Shown here in pieces: positions 23,126 through 36,949 of a stretch of DNA of 64,000 bases. The DNA is from Squalus acanthias (lineage: Eukaryota). Position 1 is the stretch's first letter. Every line of letters starts with the position of its first letter. Position numbers and translations under genes: made by a program. The notes below the pieces were generated by a model that saw only the letters and a program-made list of their open reading frames with translations, ran no database searches and was not told where the DNA came from. The stretch covers positions 3,224,001 through 3,288,000 of the forward strand of contig JASTWF010000034.1 in the NCBI GenBank assembly GCA_030390025.1. Direction: 5' to 3'.

Positions 23126-26100
23126 CTTGTTACAGAGTCCGATTTCACACTGGGAGAGACACACACTGAACGCAGGCACACTTGTTACAGAGTCCGACTC
23201 CACACTGGGAGAGACACAGGCTGCTCACAGGGAAACTTGTTACAGAGTCCGACTCCACACTGGGAGAGACACACTGTACACAGGATCACTTGTTACAGAG
23301 TCCTACTCCACAGCAGCAGAAACACTTTTACTTGTATCTCGCAATGCTGTACCGACCCAGAGAGTGTTCGATGGGACAGTGTAGAAACAGCTATAATCTG
23401 TATCTAACCAGTGCTGTACTTGCCAGCGAGTGTTTGATGTGAAATTGCACAGTGACCTGCTCATACCCTCATCCGTGCCTTTGTTTCTCCTAACTCGCAC
23501 CAAGTCCCTTTCACCCATCACCCCTGTGCTCGCTGACCTACATTGACTCCCGGCCTGGCAACGCTTCAATTTTATTATTCGCCTTGCCCCTCCCTATCGC
23601 TGTAGCCTCCTCCGTCCCTACAGCCCTTTGAGATCTCTGCGCTCCTCCAATACTGGGCGCTTGCGCATCCCCGATTTTCATCGCTCCGTATTTTTATCTG
23701 TATTTCTCCATCTTTCTCTGTACCTCTCTCTATCCATCTCTCGTTTAATTTGTTTCTGCCCCTTAATCTCTCAATATATCTGTGTAGTTCTTTACTTGAT
23801 CCCTGTCTTTGTATTTCTCACAATCTGCTTTCTGGTCCTCAGTTTCTCTCAGTTGTTCTCTGGGAATTTGGGAGTGATGAATTAAGAGAATGAAATATGT
23901 TTTATTAGATTTGGAGAGACAGGCGGTGAGGGTCCCTGGATTACATTCTGAGACCAGTGGGGCACACACGCAGGTTGTGTAAAGACTGGTGTCCTGTATC
24001 TCTGATGCTTTTCATCATAGCTCTGTATTTCTACAGTTTCCTTTATATCTCTGTACATCTCTCTCTATGTGCCTCTCTGTATATCGATCTCGCTTTATAT
24101 TTCTGTATCTCGCTGTACTTAATAAATTTGTATTTCTTGAAATCGCTACACCTCTCTCTTTGAAACTCTCAGAATGTCTGTTCTTAATTTCTGTCAGGAT
24201 CTCTCTCAGGCCTATTATTTGAGAGAGTAATTTTAAAGTTAAACTGAACCTGCTCCAAAGACACAAGAGATGCAGAACTAGAATGTGTGCCAACACCTGC
24301 TGCCTCATCTGGTCTGGGAACCTTGGGTTTTATATATTCCACCATCTCCTGCGCTTGAAGTCTCTGGCGTTGGTCAGACATTGTTTACTTATTTCATTGT
24401 CTTGGGGTGATTAATATGAATCTGTTTCTGATCTGCACAGGATGCAGCAGATCAGGAAAAGCATGTCCCTAGCCATGGTGCTGCCCTGGGCAAATACTGC
24501 GCCACCAATCAACAATGCCATTTCCTGCCTCTGCAAAGATATCATACTGTTCCACAATGCAGGAATGTCAGAAAAAACTTTTCATCCCATATCCTAGATC
24601 AACTTTAATCACTCAAATCTTTCAGGTAATTATACGAGATTTACCAGCCAGATTCCGAGCCACAAATTCAATCGTTTAAGAGATAAAAAATTGTCACAGA
24701 AATGTGACTTATTGTTGTTAATTTACAATTGACAAATATACACAGAATTTGCGTCACCTAATTATAAACACATAGCAGGAAAAGCTATGACTGAACAGAA
24801 ATAATCATCTGTCTTTCTTCCTGGCCAGCAGAACCAGTCAGACTGACTTGGAGATGTTTATTCATATGTTAAATTAAAGATTTAAAATTTACCTATTTCG
24901 CTTCTAATGTTTTTCTCTCAACCATTCTCCAAAATATTAATCCCTGCTCTTATCATGAAAAGTGTTGAATTATTTTAGGTTCTTCCCCACGAAAAGCGGG
25001 AAACAAACTTCATTGTTCTCTCAATTTTTAATCTCCTATTTCAAACATTCAATCCAAATTGAATTGTACGTTATCAGTTTAATCAACGTATTTTCTGTGT
25101 CTTTCTCAATTAACAAAGAGTGGTTTCTTCTAAATTAGGTTCCTGCAATTATTATTCTTCATTACATAAATCTTGTTTCTATTAACAACCCCGATTTTAA
25201 ACGCTCCGTATTTTTATCTTTAGATCTCCATCTTAAAATATATCCAAAATCCATCTCCAACATACACACACACACAAACACCCAAATATACAGACTTTAA
25301 TCTGTATCTTTATACAGTACACACAGCGGGTAAAAGGCAACAATTCACTCCCGCCTTGTGCTGTCCGGCACACTCGGCTGCACAGTACCAGGCGGGAGGG
25401 AGTCATCCTGTTTTGGAAGTTTTTTTATTCCAGATTTATTTTATTTCAAAAGAACATAATTCAAATTGACAACAGCCCAGGGAGGGATTTGAACTCCTGC
25501 TTTCTCTATGTTTGCCCAGGCCTCCAGAATGACATCACCCCGAAACTATCAGCCTGGAGAATGGTTAATCTGTGAACAAACCTTCCTTCGGCCCTTGTCT
25601 GGTGTCTCAGGTTTGTGTATTACCCCCATCTCTAGTTCCTTCATGTGTTTGAAGAGTTTGAAGTTAGTCAGACACGATGTAATTCTCACCCTATTCAAAC
25701 AAACAAAATCCGCATCTCCTTTCAACAATCCTATTTCCTGCTAATGCAAAGATCTCACATCGTTCCACATTGCAGGAATGTCTGAAACATTCTCTGTATC
25801 AATATCCCAGTCAATTTTAAACACTCAAATATCGTGAAACCTGATATAGCCAACAGATTCCGAGCCCTATGCTTAAGATATAAAAAATGTCACAGAAATG
25901 TGTTTTTATTTAAACAGTCAGGCTGAAATATTTCAGGGTACTTTTCAATCAAGACACAAATCATAGCGGAAACAGAGAGAGAGGGAGAGAGAAAAAAAGA
26001 GAGGTGCACAGGGAGAAGGAGACAATTAGGGATAGAGGTAGCGTGTTGGCAGAATAGACGAAGAGAGAGCGAGAGATGGGGAGATGGACGGCAGCAGAGA

Positions 26101-26839
26101 GGGGAAGGAGCGAAAGAGAGAGAGAGGAATAGACATTCAGAGAGAGAATGACAGAGGGAGCGAAATTGAGGGAGAGAGAGAGAGAGAGAGGTAGCGACAT
26201 GGAGAGAGAGAGAGGGAGTGAGGGAGTGAGACACACAAACACTCCCAGGGCAGGTACAGCAAGGGTTAGATAGAGAGTAAAGCTCCCTCTACACTGTACC
26301 ATCAAACACTCTCAGGGCAGGTACAGCACGGGTTAGATACAGAGTAGAGCTCCCTCTACACTGTCACATCAATCAGTCCCAGGTCAGGTACAGCACGGTT
26401 TAGATACAGAGTAAAGCTTCCTCTACACTGTCACATCAAACACTACCAGGGCAGGTACAGCACGGATTAGATACAGTGTAAAGATTTCTCTACACTGTTC
26501 CATCAAACATTCTCAGGGCAGGTACAGGAAGGGTTAGATAAAGAGTAAAGCTCTCTCTGCACTGTCCCATGCATATTTTTGTCAAAAGGTATCATAAAAC
26601 TCTACAAATGGTGTAATGATGCATTGTAAAAGAACAAAAACCTTAAAGAGGAGATGACAGACACCTGAAATGTTTAGATCCCAATATCGGAAGTATTTGA
26701 ACTTGCAAGCACAGACTGCACTACGAAGAGCACAGGTTTTATGCAGTTGAGTGTCGGTCAGATGTGGATAATGGTCGAGAGGTTTATTGAAAGGGCTACA
26801 AGGAATATAGGAAGGGGCGCGGAGTTCGGAAGGGTGGAG

Positions 26840-27980
26840 AGGTTTAGGGCTCATGGGGCTGGGGGTAATATATTAGCATGGATTGAGGATTGGCTATCGG
26901 ACAGAAAACAGAGAGTCGGAATAAAAGAGTCATTTTCGGGTTTGCATGCTGTAACTAGTGGGGTACCGCAAGGATCAGTGCTTGGGCCTCAGCTATTCAC
27001 AATTTATTTCAATGATTTGGATGAGGGAACCAAATGTAATGTATCCAAGTTTGCTGATGATAAATGCTGGATGGGAATGTAAGTTGGGAGAGGTTGCAAG
27101 GAGGCTTCAAGGGGATATAGAAAGGCGATGTGAGTGGGCAAGAACAGGGCAAATTGATTATAACGTGGAGAATTATGAAGTTATCCACTTTCGTAGGAAA
27201 ATAGAAAAGCAGACTTTTTTTTAACTGGTGAGAGATTGGAAAATGTTGTTCTTCAGAGGGATTTGGGTGTTCTTGTACACGGATCACTGAAAGTTAACCT
27301 GCAGGTACAGCAAGCACTTAGGAAAACAAATTGTATGTTGGCCGTTATTACAAGAGGATTTGAGTATAAGAGTAAAGACGTCTTACTGCAATTATATAGG
27401 GCCTGGTGAGACCACACCTGGAGTATTGTGTGCAGTTTTGGTCTCCTTACCTAAAGAAGGATATACTTGTCATACAGGGAGTGCAACGAAGGTTCAGCAG
27501 ACTTGTTACTGGGATGGGGGGATTGTCCTTTGTGGAGAATTGTGTAGACTAGGCCTATTTTTTCTGGAGTTTAGAAGAATGAGAGGTGATCTCATTGAAA
27601 CAAACAAAAGTCTTACAGGGCTTGACAGGGTAGATGCAGGGAGAATGTTTTCCCTGGCTGGGGAGTCTAGAACCAGGGGTCACAGTCTCAGAATAAGTGG
27701 TCAGCCAATTAGGGCTGAGAAGAGGAGACATTTCTTCACTCAGACGATGGCGAATCTTTGGAATTCGCTACCACAGAGGGCTGTGGAGGCTCAGTCGTTG
27801 ACTATATTCAAGACAGAGATCGATAGATTTTTGAATAATAAGGGTCTCAAGGGTTATGGGGATAGTGCAGGGAAGTGGAGATGAGGTAGAAGATCAGCCA
27901 TGATCTTATTGAATGGCGGAGCAAGCTCTAAGGGGAAAATGGCCTACTCATGCTCCTATTTCATATGTTCTTACGTTCTT
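26840..27980 (+). mobile_element. CR1 LINE 3' fragment
   Basis: [27 protein letters not shown], tail. Confidence 0.93.
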
Positions 27981-29373
27981 ATGACAGAGCTAGAAGCAGA
28001 GGAGTTCGAAATTGCATCAGGGTCACCAATACACAGCAGCACTGCGCAGCAGCCAGCAGAGGGAGCAGGTGGTGCAATACTGCACAACGGCCAGAGGAGG
28101 GAGCAGCAGCACCAGACACTCCGATCCTGTAGAACAAGGACGGTTTTACTTGCTGGAGTTAAAATCGACACCTTGGACATATCAGCTTAGAATGGAGGCA
28201 TCTGTGACATGATATTACACAGATAAACAAGTTAGTAACTTGTGTGGAATACTAATTCAAATTACATTGTGGGCAAAGGAACAAGTTGGAAGAAGCTCAA
28301 ATTTAAAAGTGAACTTTTGGACTGATACCAGGAGAATGATCAACACTTCGAATGGACTCCAGGCCGGGCGATGATGGTGAAAGCCCGGGAATGATTTAGG
28401 AAATAACTGGGTTCAGCAATGGGGTGAAGACTATGGTTGTTCTGGAGGGATGAATTAAAATGGGCTGAATGGACCTGAGCAGGAGATTTAATACAATGTT
28501 TAAAACCGGCAGCGTGTGGGAGGAAGGGCAGAAAGAGGCAAAAGAGCCACAGCTAAGATCACCTTGGAAATCACTGGCCCCGAATCTGTGTCAAATCCCC
28601 CCACTGTATTTAAACACATTTAGTGTCATATTCATACATTGATGCATTTGAGCAATATATGTGATTTAACGCTGTCTCTGGTCTAAAATAACTGCTTTAT
28701 ATATTTGATCCCACCCGCTGTGTTTAGGCTCTACCCTGAATCTTTAGCTCTAACTTAGAATCAGTTTATAATCTGGAGACAAGGTTTCAGCAGCCGGCGG
28801 CAGGGAGCAGAGCCTGAGGATGATCTGTGTCATGTGGGAGCAGAACACAATATTCCTGCTGTTTATTTGCGTTATCCTGCAGAATATTGGATACTGTTCT
28901 CAACATGTTATACTCCTGTTCAATACCGGAGGGTTTAGTTTATTGTAATGATCGCTGCGACTCTTTTCAATTTAATGAATTTGCAGCAAATTGAATATCA
29001 CGAAACCAGGGAAATGGTTATTTCCAAGATTAAACACTCAGTGCAGGGTCCACGAATTCTGAATTTCACCTGACCGCTGCACTTAAGCAGCTGCGATATC
29101 CGAATGGTAAAGGAGTTGGAGTCGAAATTTCAGAGTTTTGCCTGGGAACGTTCGAACACTGTTGCAAAACTTGTTGTATTTTAACTTTAATAAAACCATT
29201 TTGTTAGAAAAGTTTAAAGCCTTGATTGATCTGAGCTCTGATTACCCTAAGAAAAACATAAGAAATAGGAGCAGGTATAGGCCACCTGGCCCCTCGAGAC
29301 TGGTCCGCCATTCAATAATATCATGGCTGATCTAGGGCTCAAAGCCACTTCCCAGCCCGCTCCCCATAACCCT

Positions 29374-32140
29374 TCACTCCCTTATCTTGCAAAAATGTGT
29401 CTTCTCCACTTTAAATGTATTTAGTGACCCAGCCTCCACTGCTCTCTGGGGCAGAGAATTCCACAAATTTACGACCCTCTGAGAGAAGAAATTCCTCCTC
29501 ATCTCAGTTTTAAAAGGGCGACCCTTTATTCTGAGCCTGTGCCCCCGAGTTCCAGGTTTCCCCATGAGAGGAAACTTCCTCTCTGCATCTAACCTGTCGA
29601 GCCCCCTCAGTATCTTGTATGTATCGATAAGACCACCTCTCATTCTTCTAAATTCCAATGACTATAGGCCGAGCCTGTTAATCCTTTCCTCATAAGTCAA
29701 ACCCGTCATCTCTGTAATTAACCAACTGAATCGTCTCTGAACTGCTTCCAATGCAAGTATATCCTTCCTTAAATAAGGAGACCAAAACTGTACGCAGTAC
29801 TCAAGGTATGGTCTCACCAATACCTTGTACAGTTGTTGCAGGACTTCGCTGCTTTTATACTCCAACCCCCTTGAAATAAAGGCCAATATTACAATTGCCT
29901 TTTTGATTACTTGCTGTACCTGCATGCTAACTTTTTGTGTTTCATGCACAAGGACCCCAGGTCCCTCTGAACTCTAGAATTTTGTAATCTCTCGCTATTT
30001 AAATAATAGTTTGCTTTTTTATTTGTCCTGCCGAAGTGGATAATCTCGCACTTCCCCACATTATACTCCATCTGCCAAATGTTTGCCCACTCACCTAGCC
30101 TGTCTATATCCCTTTGCAGATTCTTTGAGTCCTCTGCACAACTTGCTTTCCCACCCATCTTTGTATCATCCGCAAACTTGGCTACATTACACTCGATCCC
30201 TTCATTCAAGACATTAATGTAGATTGTAAATAGTTGGGACCCCAGCACCGATCCTTGTGGCACCCCACTAGTTACCGCTTGCCAACCGGAAAATTACCCA
30301 TTTATCCCGACTCTCTGCTTTCTGTTAGTTAGGCAATTCTCTATCCATGCTGATATATTACCCCCAACTCCGTGAGCTCTTATCTTGTGCATTAACCATT
30401 TATGTGGCACCTTATCGAATGCCTTCTGGAAATACAAATTCACCACATCCACTGGCTCACCCTTGTCCACCCTGCTTGTTACATGCTCAAAGAACTCCAG
30501 CCTATTTGTTAAACATGATTTCCCTTTCCTAAAACCATGCTGACACTGTTTGACTGCAGTATGTTTTTCTAAATGCCCTGCTACTGCTTCCTTAATGAAG
30601 GACTCCAGCATTTTCCCAACGACAGATGTTAGGCTAACTGATCTATAGTATCCTGCTTTCTGTCTCCCTCCTTTCTTAAATAGGGGTGTTACATTAGCGG
30701 TTTTCCAATCCGCTGGGACCTTTCCAGAGTCCAGGGAATTTTGGTATATTGCAACCAATGCATCCACTATCTCTGCAGCCACTTCTTTTAAGACCCTGGG
30801 ATGCAGGCCATCTGGTCCCGGGGACTTGTCGTCTTTTAGTCCCATTATTTTACCGAGTACCATTTCCATAGTGATTGTCTTTAGTTCCCCACTCCCTGTG
30901 GCCCCTTGATTATCCATTATTGGGATGTTGTTAGTGTCTTCTACAGTGTAAACAGATACAAAATATTTGTTCAGTGTCTCTGCCATTTCCACGTTCCTCA
31001 TTATAAATTCCCCAGTCTCATCCTCTAAGGGACCAACGTTTACTTTATCTACCCTCTTCCTTTTTATATTCCTGTAGAAGCTCTTACTATCTGTTTTAAT
31101 GTTTCTTGCCAGCTTACTCTCATAATTCATCTTCTCTCTCTTTATTTTTTTAGTCATCCCTTGCTGGTTTTCAAATATTTACGAATCCTCTGGTCTCCCA
31201 CCAATCCTGGCAACATTGTATGCCTTCGTTTTCAATTTGATACCATCCTTTACTTCCTTAGTTAGCCACGGATGGTGCTCCCTTCTCTTAAAATCTTTCT
31301 TTCTCACTGGAATATATTTTTGTTGAGAGTTATGAAATATCTCCTTAAATGTCCGCCTCTGCATTTCAACCTTCTTACCCTTTAATTTATTTTTCCAGTC
31401 CACTTTAGCCAGTTCTTCCCTCATGCCATTATAATTGCCTTTGTTTAAGATCAGGACACTGGTTTCGGATACAAATTTCTCACCCTCCAACTGAAATTGA
31501 AATTCAACTATGCTATGATCACTCTTTCCTAGAGGATCCTTTACTATGAGATAATTTATTAATTCTGTCTCATTACCTAGTACCAGATCCAAGATAGCCT
31601 GGTCCCTGGTTGGTTCCATTACATACTGTTCTAGGAAAATATCCGGGATGCACTCTATAAACTCCTCCTCCAGGCTACCATGGTCAATTTGATTTGTCCA
31701 ATCAATATGGAGATTAAAATCACCCATGATTATTACCGTACCTTTTTAATAGGCCTCCATTATTTGTAGATTTATACTCTGTCCAACAGCATTGTTACTG
31801 TTCGGGGGCCTGTACACTACGCCCACCAGAGACTTTTTCCCCTTATTATTGTTTCTCCACCCAAACCGATTCTACATCTTGATCTTCTGAGCCAATATCA
31901 CGTCTCACCACTACACTAATCCCATCGTTTACCAACAAAGCCACCCCACCTCCCTTTCCTTTCTTTCTATCCTTCCGAATTATCATATACCCTGGAATAT
32001 TCAGTTCCCAGCCCGGGTCGTCTTCCGACCAAGTCTCTGTAATGGCGATCAGATCATACCCATTTGTATCTATTTTTGCCGTCAACTCATTTAACTTGTT
32101 ACGAATGCTGCGTGCATTCAGATATAGAGCTTTTAACTTT
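29374..32140 (-). pseudogene. CR1 ORF2 (APE endonuclease + reverse transcriptase)
   Basis: LYLNARS, AITETW, MGDFN, SDH (APE); [30 protein letters not shown] (RT). Confidence 0.93.
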
Positions 32141-32320
32141 GTCTTTTCATCATTTTTCCTTGTTTTGGCCTTTTTTCTGTTGCACTCTTATTTTTAAACA
32201 TTCTGTCCCTTCCTGGCTCACTCTGGTTATCATTTCCCCCATCTCTAGCCAGCTCTATTGCTTTCTCATTTCTCATTGACTTTTTATTTTCCCGCTCACC
32301 TGGATCCTCCCCCCGACTAT

Positions 32321-33277
32321 TTAGTTTAAAGCCCTCTCTACAGCCCTAGTTATTCGATTTGCCAGGACTCTAGCCCCAGCATGTTTCAAGTGTAGCCCGT
32401 CCAAACGGAAGAGCTCCCTCTTATCCCAGTACTGATGCCAGTGCCCCACAAATGGAAACCCATTTCTCCCACACCAGTCTTTGAGCCAGTCGTTCATTTC
32501 TCTGATCTTATTTACCCTGTGCAAATTAGCTCGTTGCTCAGGTAGTAATCCAGAGATTATTACCTTTGTGGTTCTACTTTATAATTTAGACGCTAGCAGC
32601 TCATACTCTCTCAGCAGAAGCTCTATCATTTTCCTACCTATATCATTGGTACCTGCGTGGACCATGACAACTGGATCTTCCCCCTCACACTCCATGTTTC
32701 TCTCCAGCCCAGAGGAGATGTCCTTAAAATCTGTCACCGGGCAGGCAACACAGCCTTCGGGACTCACGCTCTCGGCTGCAGAGAACAGTATCTATCCCCC
32801 TCACTATACTGTCACCAATCACTACAATATTTCTTTTTGCTCCCCCCACTTGAATGGCTCCCTGTACCACGGTGCTGTGGTCAGTTTGCTCATCCTCCCT
32901 GCCGTCCCTGGCCTCGTTCACACAGGGAGCAAGAATCTCGTACTTGTTGGAAAAGGCCAAGGGCTGAGGCTCCTCTACCACTTCCTCCTGGACCCAATAC
33001 CTGCCTCGCTTGTAGTCACACCCTCCTGTCCCTGACCATGGGTCGAATTGGAAGTAATTATTCTAGTGGGTGTGACTGCCTCCTGGAACTCAGTGTCCAG
33101 GTAATGCTCCCCCTCCCTGATGTGTCGCAGTGTCTGAAGCTCGGACTCCAGCTCATCAACTCTGAGCCGAAGTTCCTCGAGCAGCCAACATTTGCTGCAG
33201 ATGTGGTCGCCCTGGACCTCAATGGTGTCCACGAGCTCCCACATGCAACAACAACAACACATTACCTGATCTCCCAA
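32321..33277 (-). pseudogene. CR1 ORF1 (zinc finger/leucine zipper + SGNH esterase)
   Basis: CCCCMW...HICSKC, LRVDELESELQTL, VIGDSIVRG, HAGTND, DGLHL. Confidence 0.9.
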
Positions 33278-33483
33278 CTCAATTAATTAATTAGTTTTAA
33301 AATTTGGAACGCTTATATCTTTTAATCTACACCAAGGCACTTAGATTTAGACTCTCAAGTTTGGGGGAAAAAGCGAGAAATACACACCAACCAATCAGTT
33401 ACCTACTTTCTGGTGACGTCACACTTCGATTACTTTTTACTTGTTTACACTCACCGGTCTGTTGTATCTCAGCGTCTCCCGGG

Positions 33484-33724
33484 TTTTGAACTCTCCCGGG
33501 TTTTGGCGCTCTCGCTCTGCTCCCGCTGCTTTTGAACTCTCCCGGGTTTTGGCGCTCTCGCTCTGCTCCCGCTGCTTTTGAACTCTCCCGGGTTTTTGAG
33601 CTCTCGCTCTGTTCCCGCTGCTTTTGAACACTCCCAAGTTTTGGCGCTCTCGCTCTGTTCCCGCTGCTTTTGAACTCGCCCGGGTTTTGGCGCTCTCGCA
33701 CTGCTCCCGCTGCTTTTGAACTCT
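33484..33724 (-). repeat. 46-bp tandem repeat (~5 copies) at the CR1 5' end
   Basis: TTTTGAACTCTCCCGGGTTTTGGCGCTCTCGCTCTGCTCCCGCTGC at 33484, 33530 and onward. Confidence 0.9.
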
Positions 33725-35335
33725 AGCGTGTCACAGGGGTATAGTATACAGTGGGTATCACGTGTGTATACAATACAGGGGATTGTCACATTGGTATAGG
33801 ATACAGGGGGTGTCGCAGGGGTCTAGTATACAGGTGTGTCACAGGGGTAAAGTATACAGGGGGACTCTCACTGGGGTATGGTATACAGGGGTGGGTGTAC
33901 ACAAATGTGAAGTCGCACAACACCAGGTTATAGTACAACAGTTGTATTTAAAATTAAATAAAACAGGGGTGGGTGTCACAGAGGTATAGTATACAGGTGG
34001 TGTCAAGGGTATAGTATACAGGGGGAGTGTCACAGGGTTATAATGTGCAGGGGGGTGTAGTACACAGGGGGGTGTCACAGGGTTATAACGTACAGTGGCG
34101 TGTCATGGGTGTAGTGTACAGTTGCGTGTCACGGGTATAGTGTACAGTGGCATTTCACGGGTATAGTATACAGTGGCATGCCACGGGTATAGTGTACAGG
34201 GGGTGTCACGGGTATAGTATAGGTGGGTGGTGTCACAGATCTCTAGTATACAGGGGTTGTGTAACGGGTATATTATACAGAGATGTGCCACAGGGGTATT
34301 GTATACAGGGGATGTCACGGGTAAAGTATACAGGGGTATGTCACAGGGTTATTGTATACAGGGCGTGTCACTGCTATGGTGTACAGGGGAGTGTCACGTG
34401 TATAGTATACAGGGGTGATGTCACAGGGGTATAGTATACAGGAGGTGTCACTGGTATAGTATACAGGGGTGGTGTCACAGGGGTATAGTATACAGGGGGT
34501 GTCACTGGTATAGTATACAGGGGAGTGTCACGGGTATAGTTTACAGGGGTGTGTCACAGGGGTATAGTATACAGGGGGGGATGTTACAACGGAATAGTGT
34601 ACAGGGGTGTCACAGGTATAGTATTAAGGGGGAGTGTCACAGGGTTATAGTGTACAGGTGGGAGTCACTTGTGTAGTATACAGGGGTGTCACGGGTGTAG
34701 TATACAGGGGTGTCACTGGGTTATAGGATGCAGAGGCGTGTCACAGGGGGGTGTCACGGTTATAGTATACAGGGGTCTGTCACGGGTGTAGTATACAGGG
34801 CGGTGTCACATGGTTATAGTATGCAGTGGCGTGTCACGGGTGTAGTATACAGTGGGGTGTCACGGGTATAGTATACAGGGGAGTGTCACGGGTATAATAT
34901 ACGTGGGTGGTGTCACAGGGCTATAGTATACGTGGGTTGTCACGGGTATAGTATTTAGAGGGGTGTCAAGGTTATAGTATACAGGGGGTGTCACAAGTAT
35001 AGTATACAGGGGGTGTCACGGGTATAGTATACAGGGGGTGTCACGGGTATAGAGTACAGGGGGTGTCACAGGTATAGTATACAGGGGATTGTCACGGGTA
35101 TAGTATACTGGTGTGTCACAGGTATAGTATAGAGTTTGTGTCAGTGGGGTATAGTATACGGGGGAGTGTCACAGGTATAGTATAGAGGTGGTGTCAGAGG
35201 GGTATATTATACGGGGGAGTGTCACTGGGGTATAGTACACGGGGGGATGTCACGGGTATAGTATACAGGGGGGTGTCACGTGTATAGTTTATAGGGGGTG
35301 CCACGGTATAATTTATAGGGGGTGTCACGGGTTTA
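33725..35335 (+). repeat. ~25-bp G-rich minisatellite (GGGTATAGTATACAGGGGGTGTCAC)
   Basis: Direct periodicity, e.g. GTCAC at 35015 and 35040. Confidence 0.93.
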
Positions 35336-35599
35336 TTATACACAGTTATTATACAGGGGTGTGGAAGAGAGTATCACGGGCATTACACAGTGCGTCGTAT
35401 ATGGGGGATATTTTACAGGGGTGATGGAGATAAACTGGGTGATTAGACACAGCGGAGGGGATGAATTAACAGGGGGGATAAAAACGGGCAGATCAACGGG
35501 ATCGGGGAGTTAGAGATACAGATGGGGGGGATAAACGGCAGGGCGGGTGACAGCCGGGGGGGTGTTAAAAGCCACTGCTGGTGTGGGATACACTCACAG

Positions 35600-36947
35600 G
35601 CAGGTACAATACTGGTTAGAAACAGAGTACAGCTGTCTTATTCTGGCGCCATCAAACACTCCCAGGACAGCTATAACTGGGGTTGGATACAAAGTAAAGC
35701 TCCCTCTACACTGTCCCATTAAATACTCCCAGGGCAGGTACAGCACGGGTTAGATACAGAGTAAAGCTCCCTCTACACTGTCCCATCAAACACTCCCAGG
35801 GCAGGTACAGCACGGGTTAGATACAGAGTAAAGCTCCCTCTACACTGTCCCATCAAACACTACCAGGGCAGGTACAGCACGGGTTAGATACAGAGTAAAG
35901 CTCCCTCTACACTGTCCCATCAAACACTCCCAGGGCAGGTACAGCACGGGTTAGATACAGAGTAAAGCTCCTGCTACACTGTCCCATCAAAAACTCCCAG
36001 GGCAGGTACAGCACGGGTTAGATACAGAGTAAAGCTCCCTCTACACTGTCCCATCAAACACTCCCAGGGCAGGTACAGCACGGGTTAGATACAGAGTAAA
36101 GCTCCCTCTACACTGTCCCATCAAACACTCCCGGGGCAGGTACAGCACGGGTTAGATACAGAGTAAAGCTCCCTCTACACTGTCCCATCAAACACTCCCG
36201 GGGCAGGTACAGCACGGGTTAGATACAGAGTAAAGCTCCCTCTACACTGTCCCATCAAACACTCCCAGGGCAGGTACAGCACGGGTTAGATACAGAGTAA
36301 AGCTCCCTCTACACTGTCCCATCAAACACTCCCGGGGCAGGTACAGCACGGGTTAGATACAGAGTAAAGCTCCCTCTACCCTGTCCCATCAAACACTCCC
36401 GGGGCAGGTACAGCACGGGTTAGATACAGAGTAAAGCTCCCTCTACACTGTCCCATCAAACACTCCCGGGGCAGGTACAGCACGGGTTAGATACAGAGTA
36501 AAGCTCCCTCTACACTGTCCCATCAAACACTCCCAGGGCAGGTACAGCACGGGTTAGATACAGAGTAAAGCTCCTTCTACACTGTCCCATCAAACACTCC
36601 CGGGGCAGGTACAGCACGGGTGAGATACAGAGTAAAGCTCCCTCTACACTGTCTTATCAAACACTCCCAGGGCAGGTACAGCACGGGTTAGATACAGAGT
36701 AAAGCTCCTTCTACACTGTCCCATCAAACACTCCCGGGGCAGGTACAGCACGGGTTAGATACAGAGTAAAGCTCCCTCTACACTGTCCTATCAAACACTC
36801 CCAGGGCAGGTACAGCACGGGTTAGATACAGAGTAAAGCTCCCTCTACACTGTCCCATCAAACACTCCCAGGGCAGGTAGATCACGGGTTAGATACAGAG
36901 TAAAGCTCCCTCTACACGCTCCCAACAAACACTCCCAGGGCAGGTAC
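35600..36947 (+). repeat. 67-bp satellite, homogeneous array (further arrays at ~39700-40631 and ~43385-44316)
   Basis: CCCTCTACAC at 35702, 35769 and onward; near-identical monomers. Confidence 0.97.
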
Positions 36948-36949
36948 GG

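Larger units (their letters stand above)
29250..33724 (-). mobile_element. Near full-length CR1 LINE (5' UTR, ORF1, ORF2, tail), decayed
   Basis: All domains present in order, with multiple frameshifts. Confidence 0.95.

Noticed and set aside
24015..24340. TATATAAAA followed by the signal-peptide-like MRQQVLAHILVLHLLCLWS
   Set aside because: The TATA is only ~20 nt from the ATG, the donor is weak (GTTCAG), there is no downstream exon, and the ORF runs into low-complexity sequence.
35700..36947. Interstitial telomere (GGGTTAG in each monomer)
   Set aside because: Only one such word per 67 bp and no (TTAGGG)n run.
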